Shown piece by piece: positions 18,696 to 28,949 of a stretch of 64,000 nucleotides of DNA. Within the stretch, counting starts at the first letter, position 1. Every line of letters begins with the position of its first letter. The notes under the pieces are model-generated. The model worked only from the letters and a program-made list of their open reading frames with translations, was not told where the DNA came from and did not search any database. This DNA comes from Alphaproteobacteria bacterium (GTDB taxonomy: Bacteria > Pseudomonadota > Alphaproteobacteria > MPNO01): assembly GCA_964291675.2 (NCBI GenBank), contig OZ219866.1, positions 32,001 to 96,000 on the forward strand, written 5' to 3'. Both the position numbers and the translations under genes were made by a program.

Positions 18696-19607
18696 ATGCC
18701 CAGCCGCATCGCCGACATTGCCGTCCCGCCCCAGTGCCACGAGATGATCCGCACCGGCGCCCTCGTCGCCATCAACCACTCAGGCGGCAAGGACTCGCAA
18801 TCGATGACCATCCTGCTGTCCCGCATCGTGCCCGCCGGCCAGCTCGTCGCCGTCCACGCGCCGCTCGCCGAAGTCGAATGGGAAGGCGTCGTCCCGCATA
18901 TCGAGGCGACCCTGCCTGCCGGCGTGCCGCTCGTCATGGCGCCGGTTTCGTCCGGCAAGACCCTGCTCGAACGGGTCGAGGAACGCGGCCTCTGGCCCTC
19001 GAATTCAGCGCGGTGGTGTACCAGCGATTTCAAGGCCGGACCGATCCAGCGGGAGTTGCGCCGCTATCTGAGGGACCGCCCGCGCTTCGGCGGACGGCTC
19101 GTCAACGCCATGGGCATGCGCGCGGAGGAGAGTCCGGCGCGCGCCCGAAAGGCGCCGTGGAAGCGCAACGATCGGATGAGCGTCGCGGGCCGCGAGGTCT
19201 TCGACTGGCTTCCGGTGTTCGATCTTTCGACCGAGGACGTGTTCCGCGTCATCCGCGACGCCGGCCAGTCGCCGCACTGGGCCTACGCCGCGGGCATGTC
19301 GCGGCTGAGTTGCAGCTTCTGCATCCTCGCGTCCCGCGCCGATCTGCGCCGGGCGGCCGAACTCCGCCCCGAGCTCTACCGCACCTACGCGGCGCTTGAG
19401 CGACGCATCGGGCACACGCTCTCGCCCTCCGGCATTCCGCTGCCGGAACTGACGGGCATTTCGCCATTCGGGTCAGGCGACGGCGCAAACGCGCTGGATC
19501 TCGGCGGCCTCCGAACCCGGCCTGCGCCGGCGCGGCAGCGCCTCGCACGGCGCAGCGGCGTCAAGCCCCGGTGCTCACGGAGCGGAGCCGAGCAGGGGGC
19601 CGGGTGA
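18696..19607 (+). CDS. Phosphoadenosine-phosphosulfate reductase family (PP-loop) protein
   Basis: SGGKDS PP-loop, RWCTSDFK, G.RAEES..R and RLSCSFC motifs. GGAG RBS. Confidence 0.85.
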   Translation: MPSRIADIAVPPQCHEMIRTGALVAINHSGGKDSQSMTILLSRIVPAGQLVAVHAPLAEVEWEGVVPHIEATLPAGVPLVMAPVSSGKTLLERVEERGLWPSNSARWCTSDFKAGPIQRELRRYLRDRPRFGGRLVNAMGMRAEESPARARKAPWKRNDRMSVAGREVFDWLPVFDLSTEDVFRVIRDAGQSPHWAYAAGMSRLSCSFCILASRADLRRAAELRPELYRTYAALERRIGHTLSPSGIPLPELTGISPFGSGDGANALDLGGLRTRPAPARQRLARRSGVKPRCSRSGAEQGAG

Positions 19608-19667
19608 CGGACGGTCGCCCGGAGGGTGTCCGGGCCGCGCCGCCTCCCCGCCATCCGGAGCACGCCC

Positions 19668-20693
19668 ATGACCCTTCCCGAAGCCATCTCCGCCGACTAC
19701 ACGCTGCGCCCGAGCGAGCTTGCCGAGGTGCTCGCCCTCCTGGTCGAAGCCCGCCAGCCGACCATGATCTGGGGGCCGCCCGGGTCGGCCAAGTCGATGA
19801 TCGCCCGGCAGATCGCCGGGGCCGCCAGCCGCTGGTATGTCGACGTCCGGGCGCTTCTACTCGACATTGTCGATCTGCGCGGCATCCCCTGGCGCGACCA
19901 GGACGGCCGCACACGCTGGGCGCCGCCTGTGTTCCTGCCGCCGTCGGACGACCCTGGCCTGTGGCTCATCAACCTTGAGGAGCTGCCGTCCGCGGTGCCG
20001 ATGGTGCAGGCGGCGCTCTACCAGCTCATGCTGGAGCGCAAGTGCGGCGAGTACGAGCTGCCCGAGGGCGCGTCGCTGATCGCCTGCGGCAACCGGGAGA
20101 ACGACCGTGGCGTCGTGCACCGCATGCCGGCGCCGCTCGCCAACCGTCTTGTCCATCTGGAGATCCGGGTCGACGCGAAGGACTGGTGCGCCTGGGCGGC
20201 CGCAAACGGAATCGCTCCGGAAGTTCTGTTCTTCATCGAATACGAGCCGGAGCTGCTGCACCAATTCGATCCGCAGTCGAAGGAGCATGCCTTCCCGAGC
20301 CCGAGGAGCTGGGAGTTCGCCAGCAACATCCTCAAGAACCGCAACGGGCTCGCCCCGGAGGTCGAGCGGACGCTGTTCCGGGGCACGGTGGGCGAGGCCG
20401 CGGCGGTCGAGTTCACGGCGTTCCTGAAGGTCTGCCGCGAGCTGCCCCACCCAAGGGCCGTCCTCGACGACCCCGGGAACGCCGACATCCCGGACAACGC
20501 CAGCGCGCTGATGGCGCTCTGCGGCTCGCTCTACCGCATGGCCTCCGACGTCAACATGGACGCCATCGTGACCTACGCGACCCGGCTCCGCCGGGAGGTG
20601 GGCGAGTCGCTCGTCAGCGCGTGCGTGCGCCGCGAGCCGGCCCTTCAGCGTTCGCCCGGCTTCATCCGCTGGGCGGCGGCGAAGACCCAGTGA
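19668..20693 (+). CDS. MoxR/AAA_5-like AAA+ ATPase
   Basis: WGPPGSAKS Walker A variant, DLRGIP, LEEL Walker B variant, ACGNR, PLANR and PSPRSWE motifs. Confidence 0.85.
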   Translation: MTLPEAISADYTLRPSELAEVLALLVEARQPTMIWGPPGSAKSMIARQIAGAASRWYVDVRALLLDIVDLRGIPWRDQDGRTRWAPPVFLPPSDDPGLWLINLEELPSAVPMVQAALYQLMLERKCGEYELPEGASLIACGNRENDRGVVHRMPAPLANRLVHLEIRVDAKDWCAWAAANGIAPEVLFFIEYEPELLHQFDPQSKEHAFPSPRSWEFASNILKNRNGLAPEVERTLFRGTVGEAAAVEFTAFLKVCRELPHPRAVLDDPGNADIPDNASALMALCGSLYRMASDVNMDAIVTYATRLRREVGESLVSACVRREPALQRSPGFIRWAAAKTQ

Positions 20694-20704
20694 AGGAGAA
20701 CGCC

Positions 20705-20839
20705 ATGACCTGGTGGGTCACGCACTACCCGGCGGGGGATGCCCCGTCGCGCAGGTACGCCGTGAGGGCGCCGAGCTTCGACGCGGCGGCGCGGAAGCTC
20801 GCCGCCTTTCTCGACGTCCCCGTGTGGACGCTCCGCTAA
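20705..20839 (+). CDS. Small hypothetical protein (44 aa)
   Basis: AAGGAG RBS, fills the gap within the operon. Confidence 0.5.
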   Translation: MTWWVTHYPAGDAPSRRYAVRAPSFDAAARKLAAFLDVPVWTLR

Positions 20840-20856
20840 CCCGAGAGGAGGATTTC

Positions 20857-21771
20857 ATGGATTTGAACCGCGACGCCATGCTGGTCGGGCTGCACATCGC
20901 CGCCTGGTCCGGCCGGCTCTACGACCGCCAGGCGAGTGACCATGTCGCCGTCGCCCACGAAGCCTCGACTGGCGCCGGGCGCTACAACAAGCGCCTGCTG
21001 CCCAAGGCCGCCTTCGCCGCGCTGACCGCCACCATGAGCGAGGCGAGGACGAAGCACTACGCCAACTCGCTTCCCTGGGACGACAAGGGCGCGCGGCTGC
21101 TCACCGTGGCCAACTACGAGCACTACACGGAGCTGATGGACGGCCTGCGCGAGCGGGTGGTGCGCCAGCGCGCCCGCTTCATCGAGGACTACGACGACTA
21201 CATCGACCAGGCTCGCCTCGACCTCGGCAAGCTCTTCCGCATCGAGGACTACCCCTCGAAGGAAGCTCTCCAGGGCAAGTTCGCCATCCACTACCGCATC
21301 ACCCCGGTGCCGGACGCCGACCACTTCATCGCGCAGCTCGCCTCCGACGACACCGAGCGGGTGAAGCGCGACATCGAGCGCCATGTCGAGGAACAGCTCC
21401 ACGGCGCGGTGGGCGACCTCTACCGCCGCTTCGGCGAGGCCGTCGAGCGCGTCTCCGAGCGGCTGCGGGAGGACGACGAGGGCAAGCCGCTGGTGTTCCG
21501 GGACACGATGATCTCGAACATCCGCGACCTGGTGGACGTGGTGCCGCGTCTCAACATCTTCGGCGACGACGAGCTCGCCAGTCTCTGCGCGCAGGTGAAG
21601 GACAAGATCGCGAGCGTGGAGCCCGACGCGCTCCGGCCGTCCAAGACCTTCGACCCGGCGGCCCGGGCGCAGGTCAAGCGCGACGCCGACGAGCTCGCGG
21701 AGAAGTTCGCGGGGTATTTCGGACGACGCGCGGAAGAGCCCGCCGAAGAGTCGGTGCGGGAGGCCGCCTGA
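20857..21771 (+). CDS. DUF3150-like protein
   Basis: MLV.L.I..WSG...D, K.LLP, LPW...G.RLL and DYP....L..KF motifs typical of the gene accompanying AAA-vWA pairs. GAGGAGG RBS. Confidence 0.65.
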   Translation: MDLNRDAMLVGLHIAAWSGRLYDRQASDHVAVAHEASTGAGRYNKRLLPKAAFAALTATMSEARTKHYANSLPWDDKGARLLTVANYEHYTELMDGLRERVVRQRARFIEDYDDYIDQARLDLGKLFRIEDYPSKEALQGKFAIHYRITPVPDADHFIAQLASDDTERVKRDIERHVEEQLHGAVGDLYRRFGEAVERVSERLREDDEGKPLVFRDTMISNIRDLVDVVPRLNIFGDDELASLCAQVKDKIASVEPDALRPSKTFDPAARAQVKRDADELAEKFAGYFGRRAEEPAEESVREAA

Positions 21772-23186
21772 TGGCCGCCCGCGTGCTCAGCGAGTCGGCT
21801 CTGCGAGTCAGCGACTGCGTGACGGAGCTGCTGCGCAAGCAGCCCTTCTTCGGGAGCCTCGTCTTGAGGCTCCCGCTCCGGCCCGATCCGAGCCGGGAGA
21901 CGCTGGCGACGGACGGCCACGAGATCCGCTATTCGCCCCGCTGGGTGGCGGAGACCGAGGCGCACCTGATCGAGACCGCGATGGCGCGGGTGGTGATGGC
22001 CTGCGCTCTGAAGCACCACACGCGGCGGGGCGATCGGGACCCGGAGCGCTGGCAGATGGCCTCGCAGCTCGTCACCCATGCGCTCATCCGCGACGCCGGG
22101 TTCACGCTGCCTCCCGATGCCGAAGCCTGGGACGACCTCAGCGTCGAGCAGGCGTACGACCGCCTGCCGGCGCCCGGGGACGGCGATACCGGGGACGACG
22201 GCGACGCATCCTCCGGCGCCGGCGCCTCGGGTGCCGCCGAAGCTGCGCAATCCCCACCCAACGACGGTGACGGCGATAACGAAAGCACCGGCGACCCGTC
22301 CGATGCCACCGATGACGGCGACGGCCAGGACTCAGGCGGCGGTTCAGACGGCGACACCGAGGGTGATGGCGCGGACGGCCAGAAGCCGGATGGCAACGGT
22401 GGGGACGGCAAAGAACAGGGCGGGGACGGCGCCTCCGATGCGCCGCCGAGCCACGATCCGTCCGGCACGGGCGAGGTCATGGACGCGAGCGCGCGGGCCA
22501 GCAGTGACGAGGAATCCGCCGAAACCCCGGTGGACGTTGCCGCCGAAGAGCAGGCCTGGGACGAGGCGATGCACCAGGCGCTCAACATCGCACGCGCCGA
22601 GGGCAAGGTGCCGGGGCAGGTCGAGGAGACGGTGAAGGGCGCCCATGCCAGCACGCTTGACTGGCGCACGCTGCTGCGGCGCTACATGACCGACGCAGCG
22701 AAGAGCGACTATTCGTGGAGCCTGCCCAACCGGCGCTTGATCGACTCCGGCCTCTACCTGCCCTCGATCCGCTCCGAGGGCATGGACACCATCGCCGTCA
22801 TCGTCGACACGTCGGGCTCGCTTCCCGCCGAGACCCTGGCCGCGTTCTGGGCCGAGCTGCGCGAGGTTGCGGCCGAGATCCGCCCCGAGAGCGTCGTCGT
22901 GCTCCAGGTCGATGCCGCCGTGCAGGACGCGGCGGTGTACGCACCCGACGAGCTTCCCGACGAGATCGTCGTCAAGGGCCGGGGCGGCACCGACTTCCGG
23001 CCGGGCTTCGAGTGGCTCGACGAGCAGGAAATCCGCCCGGCGGTGTGCCTCTACTTCACGGACATGGAGTGCTCCAGCTACCCCGACGCGGAGCCGCCAT
23101 TCGATGTGATCTTCTGCAACTGGAGCGACCCGCCCGAGGACTGGAACCGCGAGCCCTGGGGCGAGCGCATCGACATCGCCGCCTGA
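21771..23186 (+). CDS. DUF2201-type metallopeptidase-like plus vWA domain protein
   Basis: PFFGSL..TLATDG N-domain, acidic linker, DWR.LL, MIDAS VDTSGS, GRGGTDF.P and YFTD motifs. Confidence 0.85.
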   Translation: MAARVLSESALRVSDCVTELLRKQPFFGSLVLRLPLRPDPSRETLATDGHEIRYSPRWVAETEAHLIETAMARVVMACALKHHTRRGDRDPERWQMASQLVTHALIRDAGFTLPPDAEAWDDLSVEQAYDRLPAPGDGDTGDDGDASSGAGASGAAEAAQSPPNDGDGDNESTGDPSDATDDGDGQDSGGGSDGDTEGDGADGQKPDGNGGDGKEQGGDGASDAPPSHDPSGTGEVMDASARASSDEESAETPVDVAAEEQAWDEAMHQALNIARAEGKVPGQVEETVKGAHASTLDWRTLLRRYMTDAAKSDYSWSLPNRRLIDSGLYLPSIRSEGMDTIAVIVDTSGSLPAETLAAFWAELREVAAEIRPESVVVLQVDAAVQDAAVYAPDELPDEIVVKGRGGTDFRPGFEWLDEQEIRPAVCLYFTDMECSSYPDAEPPFDVIFCNWSDPPEDWNREPWGERIDIAA

Positions 23187-23252
23187 GTACGCCGGTCCGG
23201 CGGCTCGCGCCCCGCCGTCCCATTCCGCCCCACCGCCCGAGGAGCGACCGCC

Positions 23253-23909
23253 ATGCTGACCGTCCACCCGTCGCCCGAAGCAATCCGCCTCGCCATGTCA
23301 CGGATCGAACGCGCCATGGCCGACTGCGGCGGCGATGGCGAGGCCCCCATGGACTGGGGGATCGTCCACCGCCATGGCTGCCGCACCACCGCCTGCCACG
23401 GCGGCTGGTATGCGCTCGGCCGCCTGATCGACCATCCCGATATTCGCTGGCGCCACGACGAGACCTTCTACAGCGACCCCGGCGAGACCATGATGGCGCT
23501 CAGGCAGGACGGGCAGCTCGCCCATGTGATGTACCACGAGGGGGCGCACATGCTCGCGCGCGACCTCGGCTTCATGAACGCCCCCGCGCTGAAGGGCTGG
23601 GCCGAGCGGCATCCGGAGGTCTGGGGCAACCGCCACGGCGAGCGCATGTTCGCGGGCGACGGGGCGGTGGCGTTCGGCAAGCCGCCCTATACGCCGATCC
23701 TGGTGAGCGAGATCGTCGCCTGGTGGCGCGCGGTCTCGGACCGGCTCGACGCGGCGATCCCGGTCCATTCCGGGCAGACGGACGCGCTGGCCACGCTCAA
23801 GCCTCACGATCGCGCGATGCGGGACACCATCGCGGTCGAGCCCTGCGCCGGCGGCCACCGGCTTGTCCAGCGGCCCCGCCCGGTGAATCCGCTGTCGCTT
23901 CAGCCCTGA
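23253..23909 (+). CDS. Hypothetical protein
   Basis: GAGGAG RBS, GC3-biased codons, C.T.AC.GGW motif. Confidence 0.7.
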   Translation: MLTVHPSPEAIRLAMSRIERAMADCGGDGEAPMDWGIVHRHGCRTTACHGGWYALGRLIDHPDIRWRHDETFYSDPGETMMALRQDGQLAHVMYHEGAHMLARDLGFMNAPALKGWAERHPEVWGNRHGERMFAGDGAVAFGKPPYTPILVSEIVAWWRAVSDRLDAAIPVHSGQTDALATLKPHDRAMRDTIAVEPCAGGHRLVQRPRPVNPLSLQP

Positions 23910-24083
23910 TCCCTTCCCCCAAGGCCACGGCCGGCACCGCCATCCCACCGCCACGCCCCACGCTTGCCCGCCACGCCGCCAGGAGGCGGAGCGGGGCGGT
24001 GGTCCGGGCGGCGCGGACGGGGCGGCGGGAGCCGTTCCCCGACTCCGCTTCCGTCTTTTCACACACCACCGAGGGAGGTTCGC

Positions 24084-26474
24084 ATGAACCGCATCGCCCC
24101 CAGGCCCGAGACGCTCATCCGGGAGATCCCGCTCTCCCGGCTCGCGCTCGCGCCCGAGAACGTCCGCAAGACCCCGCCCGATCCGCAGGCCGACGCCGCG
24201 CTCAAGGCCTCGATCGCCGCCATCGACCTGATGGAGAACCTGGTCGTCCGCCCGGACGAGCCCGCCCAGAATGGCGCCGAACGCTACGCCGTGGTCGCCG
24301 GCGGGCGCCGCCTCAAGGCCATGCAGGCGCTGGTCGAGGACAAGGTGTTCGACGCCGACCATCCGGTACCCTGCCAGGTGAGGACCGGCGACGCCGAGCC
24401 CTCCGAACTCTCGCTCGCCGAGAACGTCATCCGCATCGCCATGCATCCCGCCGATCAGGTGGTCGCTTTCTCCGAGCTCGCCAGGACCGGCCAGTCGGTC
24501 TCCGCCATCGCGGTGCGTTTCGGCGCGTCCGAGCGCATCGTCGAGCAGCGGCTCCGCCTCGGCAACGCCGCCCCCGAGCTGCTGGACGCCTACCGGGCCG
24601 ACGAGATCGGCCTGGAGGTGCTGAAGGCCTTCGCCGTCACCGCCGACCGGGAGCGCCAGATGGCGGTCTGGGAGCAGGTCTCCGGCCAGCCCTACCGCCC
24701 GTCGGCCGCGCAGGTGAAGCGGCTCCTGACCGAGGAGCGCGTGCCGGGCGGCACCGCGATCGCCCGGTTCGTGGGCGTCGACGCCTACGAGGGCGCCGGC
24801 GGCGCGGTCATGCGCGACCTGTTCGCCGAGGAATACGAGCACGGCGTCTGGTTCGAGGACCCGGTGCTGCTGGAGACGCTCGCCATGGCGAAGCTCCAGG
24901 CGGCGGCCGACGAACTCGCAACCCGCTGGAAGTGGGCGGTGCCGATGATCGAGGCCGGGTGGGACGACACCGCCTCCTACGGCCGCATCGAGCCGCAGGC
25001 CGGCGTCGCCACCGACGACGAGCGGGCCGAGATCGAGAAGCTGGCGGCTCGCTACGACGAGATCCGCGGCCTCGACGAGGACGAGCTGACCGACGCCGTG
25101 ATCGAGGAGGCCGAGCGCATCGAGGCCCGCCTCGACGAGATCGAGGGCGCCGTCGAGGCTCGCGCCATGTGGCGGCGCGAGGACTTCGCGATGGCCGGCT
25201 GCATCGCCACGATCGGCCGCGATGGCGAACTCCAGGTCATTGCCGGGCTGGTCAAGCCCGAGGACATGCCGAAGCCGGATCAGTCCGGCGACGCGGCAGC
25301 GCAGGCCGGCAACGGCCACGACCCGGACGCAGCCACCGTCGGGGTCCACACCACCGGCCATGCCGTTCACACGGCCGCCCCGTCCATCGCCCAGCCCGTG
25401 GCGGGGCCGAGGGACCGCGAGGCCGAGGCGCGCAAGGAGGCGGGCGTCGGCATCGGGCTCGCCGACGACCAGCGCGCGATCCGCACTGCGCTGGTAAAGG
25501 CGTATCTCGCCGGAGACTTCCCGGCTTCCTTCGACCTCATGCTGTTCCAGATGGGCCGCGCGGTGTTCACGCCGGGCTACAGCGACCACGCCCTCGACAT
25601 CGCGGTCAAGGAGACCCCGGACCGGCCCAACACCCGGATGAACGACGCCGAATTCGCGGACTGGTCGCCGGGCGAGGCCATGCTGGAGGACCGCTCGCAC
25701 CTGTCGTTCGACTGGCTGGAGATCGAGGACGACGGCGAGTCCTTCGCCGCGCTCAGGGCGCTGCCCCAGGCCGACAAGGAGGCGCTGTTCGCGGCCTGCG
25801 TCGCGAGGACGGTGAAGGGCCAGCTCGCCTTCGAGCCCCAGGCGCGGCCCGAGCTCGAAGCCACCATCGCCCGGCTCGACATCGACTTCGCGAAGCACAT
25901 CCGGCCCACGGCGGCCATGTACTGGTCGCGGATCAACAAGAGCCGCGTCCTCGACATCGCCCGCACGGTGTTCGGCCTGGCCTGGGCGTCGGCGCGGTCG
26001 AAGTACAAGAAGCCGGCGCTGGCCGAGGCGATGGAGGCCGCCTTCGCCGCCGGCGAGCCGCCCGTCGGCGTGAGCGCCACGATGCACGCCAAGGCGCTCG
26101 CCTGGGTCCCGACCGGCTTTGCGGCCTTCGACACCGGCCGGACGGTCGCAGACGCCGAGGACACGGCGGCCGATACTGCCGGGACCGAGCCGAAGGGCGA
26201 GGCGAAGACCGCGGAACCCGCCGCCGATACCGGAACCGCGCCGCCGGCCCCCGACGGCAACGGCCACGCGCCGGCGCCCGAAGCCGGGCCGTCCAACGGG
26301 GATGCTGCCGGTGCCGATGAAGGCAACGCCGGCGAGACCGATCCCGACCCGGCCGTCGCGGGCGGGCCGGACGGCCTCGACGCAACCGGACCTGTTCCTC
26401 CGGTTCCGGCCAACGGCCACGACGCCATCCCGGACCCGATGGAGATCCCCGAGTTCCTCCGCCGCGTCCAGTAG
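24084..26474 (+). CDS. ParB/Srx N-terminal domain protein (large plasmid/ICE type)
   Basis: NVRK, VVAGGRRL.A, SLAEN..R..MHPAD and an HTH region. Ends EIPEFLRR. Confidence 0.9.
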   Translation: MNRIAPRPETLIREIPLSRLALAPENVRKTPPDPQADAALKASIAAIDLMENLVVRPDEPAQNGAERYAVVAGGRRLKAMQALVEDKVFDADHPVPCQVRTGDAEPSELSLAENVIRIAMHPADQVVAFSELARTGQSVSAIAVRFGASERIVEQRLRLGNAAPELLDAYRADEIGLEVLKAFAVTADRERQMAVWEQVSGQPYRPSAAQVKRLLTEERVPGGTAIARFVGVDAYEGAGGAVMRDLFAEEYEHGVWFEDPVLLETLAMAKLQAAADELATRWKWAVPMIEAGWDDTASYGRIEPQAGVATDDERAEIEKLAARYDEIRGLDEDELTDAVIEEAERIEARLDEIEGAVEARAMWRREDFAMAGCIATIGRDGELQVIAGLVKPEDMPKPDQSGDAAAQAGNGHDPDAATVGVHTTGHAVHTAAPSIAQPVAGPRDREAEARKEAGVGIGLADDQRAIRTALVKAYLAGDFPASFDLMLFQMGRAVFTPGYSDHALDIAVKETPDRPNTRMNDAEFADWSPGEAMLEDRSHLSFDWLEIEDDGESFAALRALPQADKEALFAACVARTVKGQLAFEPQARPELEATIARLDIDFAKHIRPTAAMYWSRINKSRVLDIARTVFGLAWASARSKYKKPALAEAMEAAFAAGEPPVGVSATMHAKALAWVPTGFAAFDTGRTVADAEDTAADTAGTEPKGEAKTAEPAADTGTAPPAPDGNGHAPAPEAGPSNGDAAGADEGNAGETDPDPAVAGGPDGLDATGPVPPVPANGHDAIPDPMEIPEFLRRVQ

Positions 26475-26489
26475 CCGTCCCGCCCCGAT

Positions 26490-26530
26490 GAAACGCCCCG
26501 TCCGGCATCCCGACGCCGGCGGGGCGTTTC
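26490..26530 (+). terminator. Intrinsic terminator-like hairpin
   Basis: GAAACGCCCCG...CGGGGCGTTTC inverted repeat directly after the parB-like stop. Confidence 0.6.
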
Positions 26531-26560
26531 CGATTCCGCATTGCTCACGGAGGTCCGCCC

Positions 26561-28321
26561 ATGAACCGCACGATCCGCGCCCGCATCCACGAGAGCGCCG
26601 TGAAGCGGGTCACACGCATCTACGCCGCCACCCTTTCCGAAATTCTGGTCGAGGCGCTGCAAAACTCACGCCGTGCCGACGCCGCACGGGTGCGTATTTC
26701 GGTTGCCATGCCCACCCCCCGCCCTGGCGAAACCGCCGCCGCGACGGGCGAGCCGCCCCTCACCGTCACCGTTTCGGACGACGGCTCGGGCATCGCCGAT
26801 CCGGCCGTCCTGCTCAGCTTCGGCGAAAACGGCTGGAACGACGCCCTCGTCCGGCGCGAGGACGCCGCCGGGTTCGGCTTCGCCAGCCTCGCGCGGCGCA
26901 ACTGCGCCGTCTCGTCCCGGCCGCGCTCTCCGGACGGCCAGCTATTGCCCGGCTGGCGCGTCACGCTGGAACCGGCGCATTTTCTCGGCGAGGCCGAGGC
27001 CGCGGTGCAGGCCCACGACGAGGCCCCGTATCCCTGCGGGACGGCGATTTCGTTCCAGGCAACCGAGCCCGCCGCCGCGATCCGCAATGCCGCCGGGAAC
27101 GCCGCTCGCCATTATCCGCTGCCGGTCGTGTTCGAGGATCGCACCGATGGCGATGCTCCCGCCGAAGAGCTGCCCCGCCGCGCCTTCCTCGACGGCGCCG
27201 TCCACGCCGAGCGATGGCGCGGCCTCGTGTTCGGGGTCTTCAGGAACCGCCATTGCGGCTACAGGGACCCCGACCTCAACTTCTTCGGCCTGACCCTCAC
27301 GGTCGGACTGCCGACGGTCGAGACCGTCCACGGCCCGGCCTGGACCGTGCTGGCGGACGTGGACGACTGCCCCGACCTCGAGCTGGTGCTGCCGGCCCGC
27401 AAGGAGGCGGTCGAGAACGCCTTCCTCGAAGAGATGCGCGAGGCGGCCCGCCTGGCGATCTACCGCGCCATGGCCGCCGATCCCAATCCGCGCCCGTCCT
27501 TCGAGGACCGCAAGCGCGCCCACGAGGCCGATATCGACATCGCCCCGCCGCCGCCCGTGCTCCGGCCCTGGCGTCCCGGCACGGCGGACGTCGAGGACTG
27601 GCGGGAGCCTCCGAAGCTCGCCCAGGCCGGCGAGGACGCGCTCATCATGGACTGCGACCCCGAGCCGCCCGAGGCCCAGACGCTCTGGCGCGCCGCCGAA
27701 CGGGGCGGAATTGCTCCCCGCCTGTTCGAGGCCGACCGCCGTCTCGAAGGCTACGCCTGGTACGACGCGATCGAGCGCGTCAACCGCCTCCGCACGGAAG
27801 TCACCGCCGGCAGGCGGCCCTATCCGCTCGACAAGTATCCCGTGCCGGACCGCACCGGCGGTCCCGTGGCGCCGCTGCCGCAGCGGCCCGACGCGATCCG
27901 CCTCGGCCTCACCGTCCGGACCGGCAAGGGGGTGGGGCGCATGGTCGACCTCGCCGCCGATCTCGCCTTCGCCGGCGAGGCGTGGTCCTGGGTGGGCGAC
28001 GCCCTGCCGCTGGTGACCGCAAGCACCGATCTCGAGCCCTGGCAGCTCGCGCAGATCATGCGCGCAGCCTTCTTCAGCCCGAGCGACGACGCGGACGCGG
28101 ACTCGTGGGAACGCCAGCGCGACGTCTTCGACCAGGAAGCCCTCCACATCGCGACCAAGCTTCTGGTCTCCGACGACGAGGCGCGGCGCACCTCCATCGC
28201 CGATGCCGTCGCCCGCGAGCTCTTCTGGCTCATTCCTCACGATCGCGGCGTCGACATCGCGGTGCGGGACCGCAAAGTCACGGTCACGCTGGGCGAGCCC
28301 GCCGGGGAGGCCGCGCCGTGA
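26561..28321 (+). CDS. GHKL (HATPase_c) ATP-binding protein
   Basis: EALQNSRRA (N box), DDGSGI (G1) and AGFGFASL (G2) motifs. Confidence 0.8.
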   Translation: MNRTIRARIHESAVKRVTRIYAATLSEILVEALQNSRRADAARVRISVAMPTPRPGETAAATGEPPLTVTVSDDGSGIADPAVLLSFGENGWNDALVRREDAAGFGFASLARRNCAVSSRPRSPDGQLLPGWRVTLEPAHFLGEAEAAVQAHDEAPYPCGTAISFQATEPAAAIRNAAGNAARHYPLPVVFEDRTDGDAPAEELPRRAFLDGAVHAERWRGLVFGVFRNRHCGYRDPDLNFFGLTLTVGLPTVETVHGPAWTVLADVDDCPDLELVLPARKEAVENAFLEEMREAARLAIYRAMAADPNPRPSFEDRKRAHEADIDIAPPPPVLRPWRPGTADVEDWREPPKLAQAGEDALIMDCDPEPPEAQTLWRAAERGGIAPRLFEADRRLEGYAWYDAIERVNRLRTEVTAGRRPYPLDKYPVPDRTGGPVAPLPQRPDAIRLGLTVRTGKGVGRMVDLAADLAFAGEAWSWVGDALPLVTASTDLEPWQLAQIMRAAFFSPSDDADADSWERQRDVFDQEALHIATKLLVSDDEARRTSIADAVARELFWLIPHDRGVDIAVRDRKVTVTLGEPAGEAAP

Positions 28322-28800
28322 CCAGGGCCTGGACCGTTCAACTCGCCTACGCGGCGTATTACGGGGCGACGGTCACCGTCGAGGCCGAGACGCTGGAAGA
28401 CGCGATCCCGGCCGCCATCCGGTATGCCGACGACAACGAGCGCTGGAAGGACACCGACCACGTCGCCGATCCCTTCTGCGCCGCAGCCTGCGAGGGCGCC
28501 GACGCCGATCCGTGGAACGGCGAGACCTCGGTCCCCATCCCCGACCGCTTCAGCGAGCGCGGCGAGCCGCCCGTCGTCATGGTGACCGACCCGGCGAAGC
28601 CCGGCGGCGGGATCGAGGTCGTGCGCGGGCGGGTGCTGCTCCGTTTCAGGGACGATGCCGGAACCGTCACCGCCGAAGTGACGGACCCGCCGCATCCGCC
28701 CGCCAACAAGCCGCACATCACCGTGTCGCTCGACGCCCGCGGCAAACCCCACGCCGAGGTCCGCCACGGCAGGGCCATCGTCCGCATCCTCGACCGCTAG
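28318..28800 (+). CDS. Hypothetical protein
   Basis: GTGA overlap with the upstream stop, GGAGG RBS. Confidence 0.7.
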   Translation: MTRAWTVQLAYAAYYGATVTVEAETLEDAIPAAIRYADDNERWKDTDHVADPFCAAACEGADADPWNGETSVPIPDRFSERGEPPVVMVTDPAKPGGGIEVVRGRVLLRFRDDAGTVTAEVTDPPHPPANKPHITVSLDARGKPHAEVRHGRAIVRILDR

Positions 28801-28949
28801 GTCTCCGGCTCCGCCCCCGTCCCGGCTGCCGCCGGCACCGGCTTCTCTCCACTCGGAGGCGGGGCCGGCCTCATCAGGACGACCGAGGCCCGGGGCGCGA
28901 GCGCGTCCCGGGTCTTCGGCATCCCGCAACCCGCAACAGGAATCCCGCC

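Noticed and set aside
18696-19607. Dnd/Ssp phosphorothioation system
   Set aside because: No DndB/D/E, SspB/C or cysteine desulfurase genes are present.
22180-22520. GAC/GGC-rich stretch as a tandem repeat element
   Set aside because: It encodes the acidic Asp/Gly linker usual in DUF2201-vWA proteins.
22715-26420. Very long alternative ORFs (1201 aa +, 1040 aa -)
   Set aside because: Shadow frames of the GC-rich parB-like and neighbouring genes, with no motifs.
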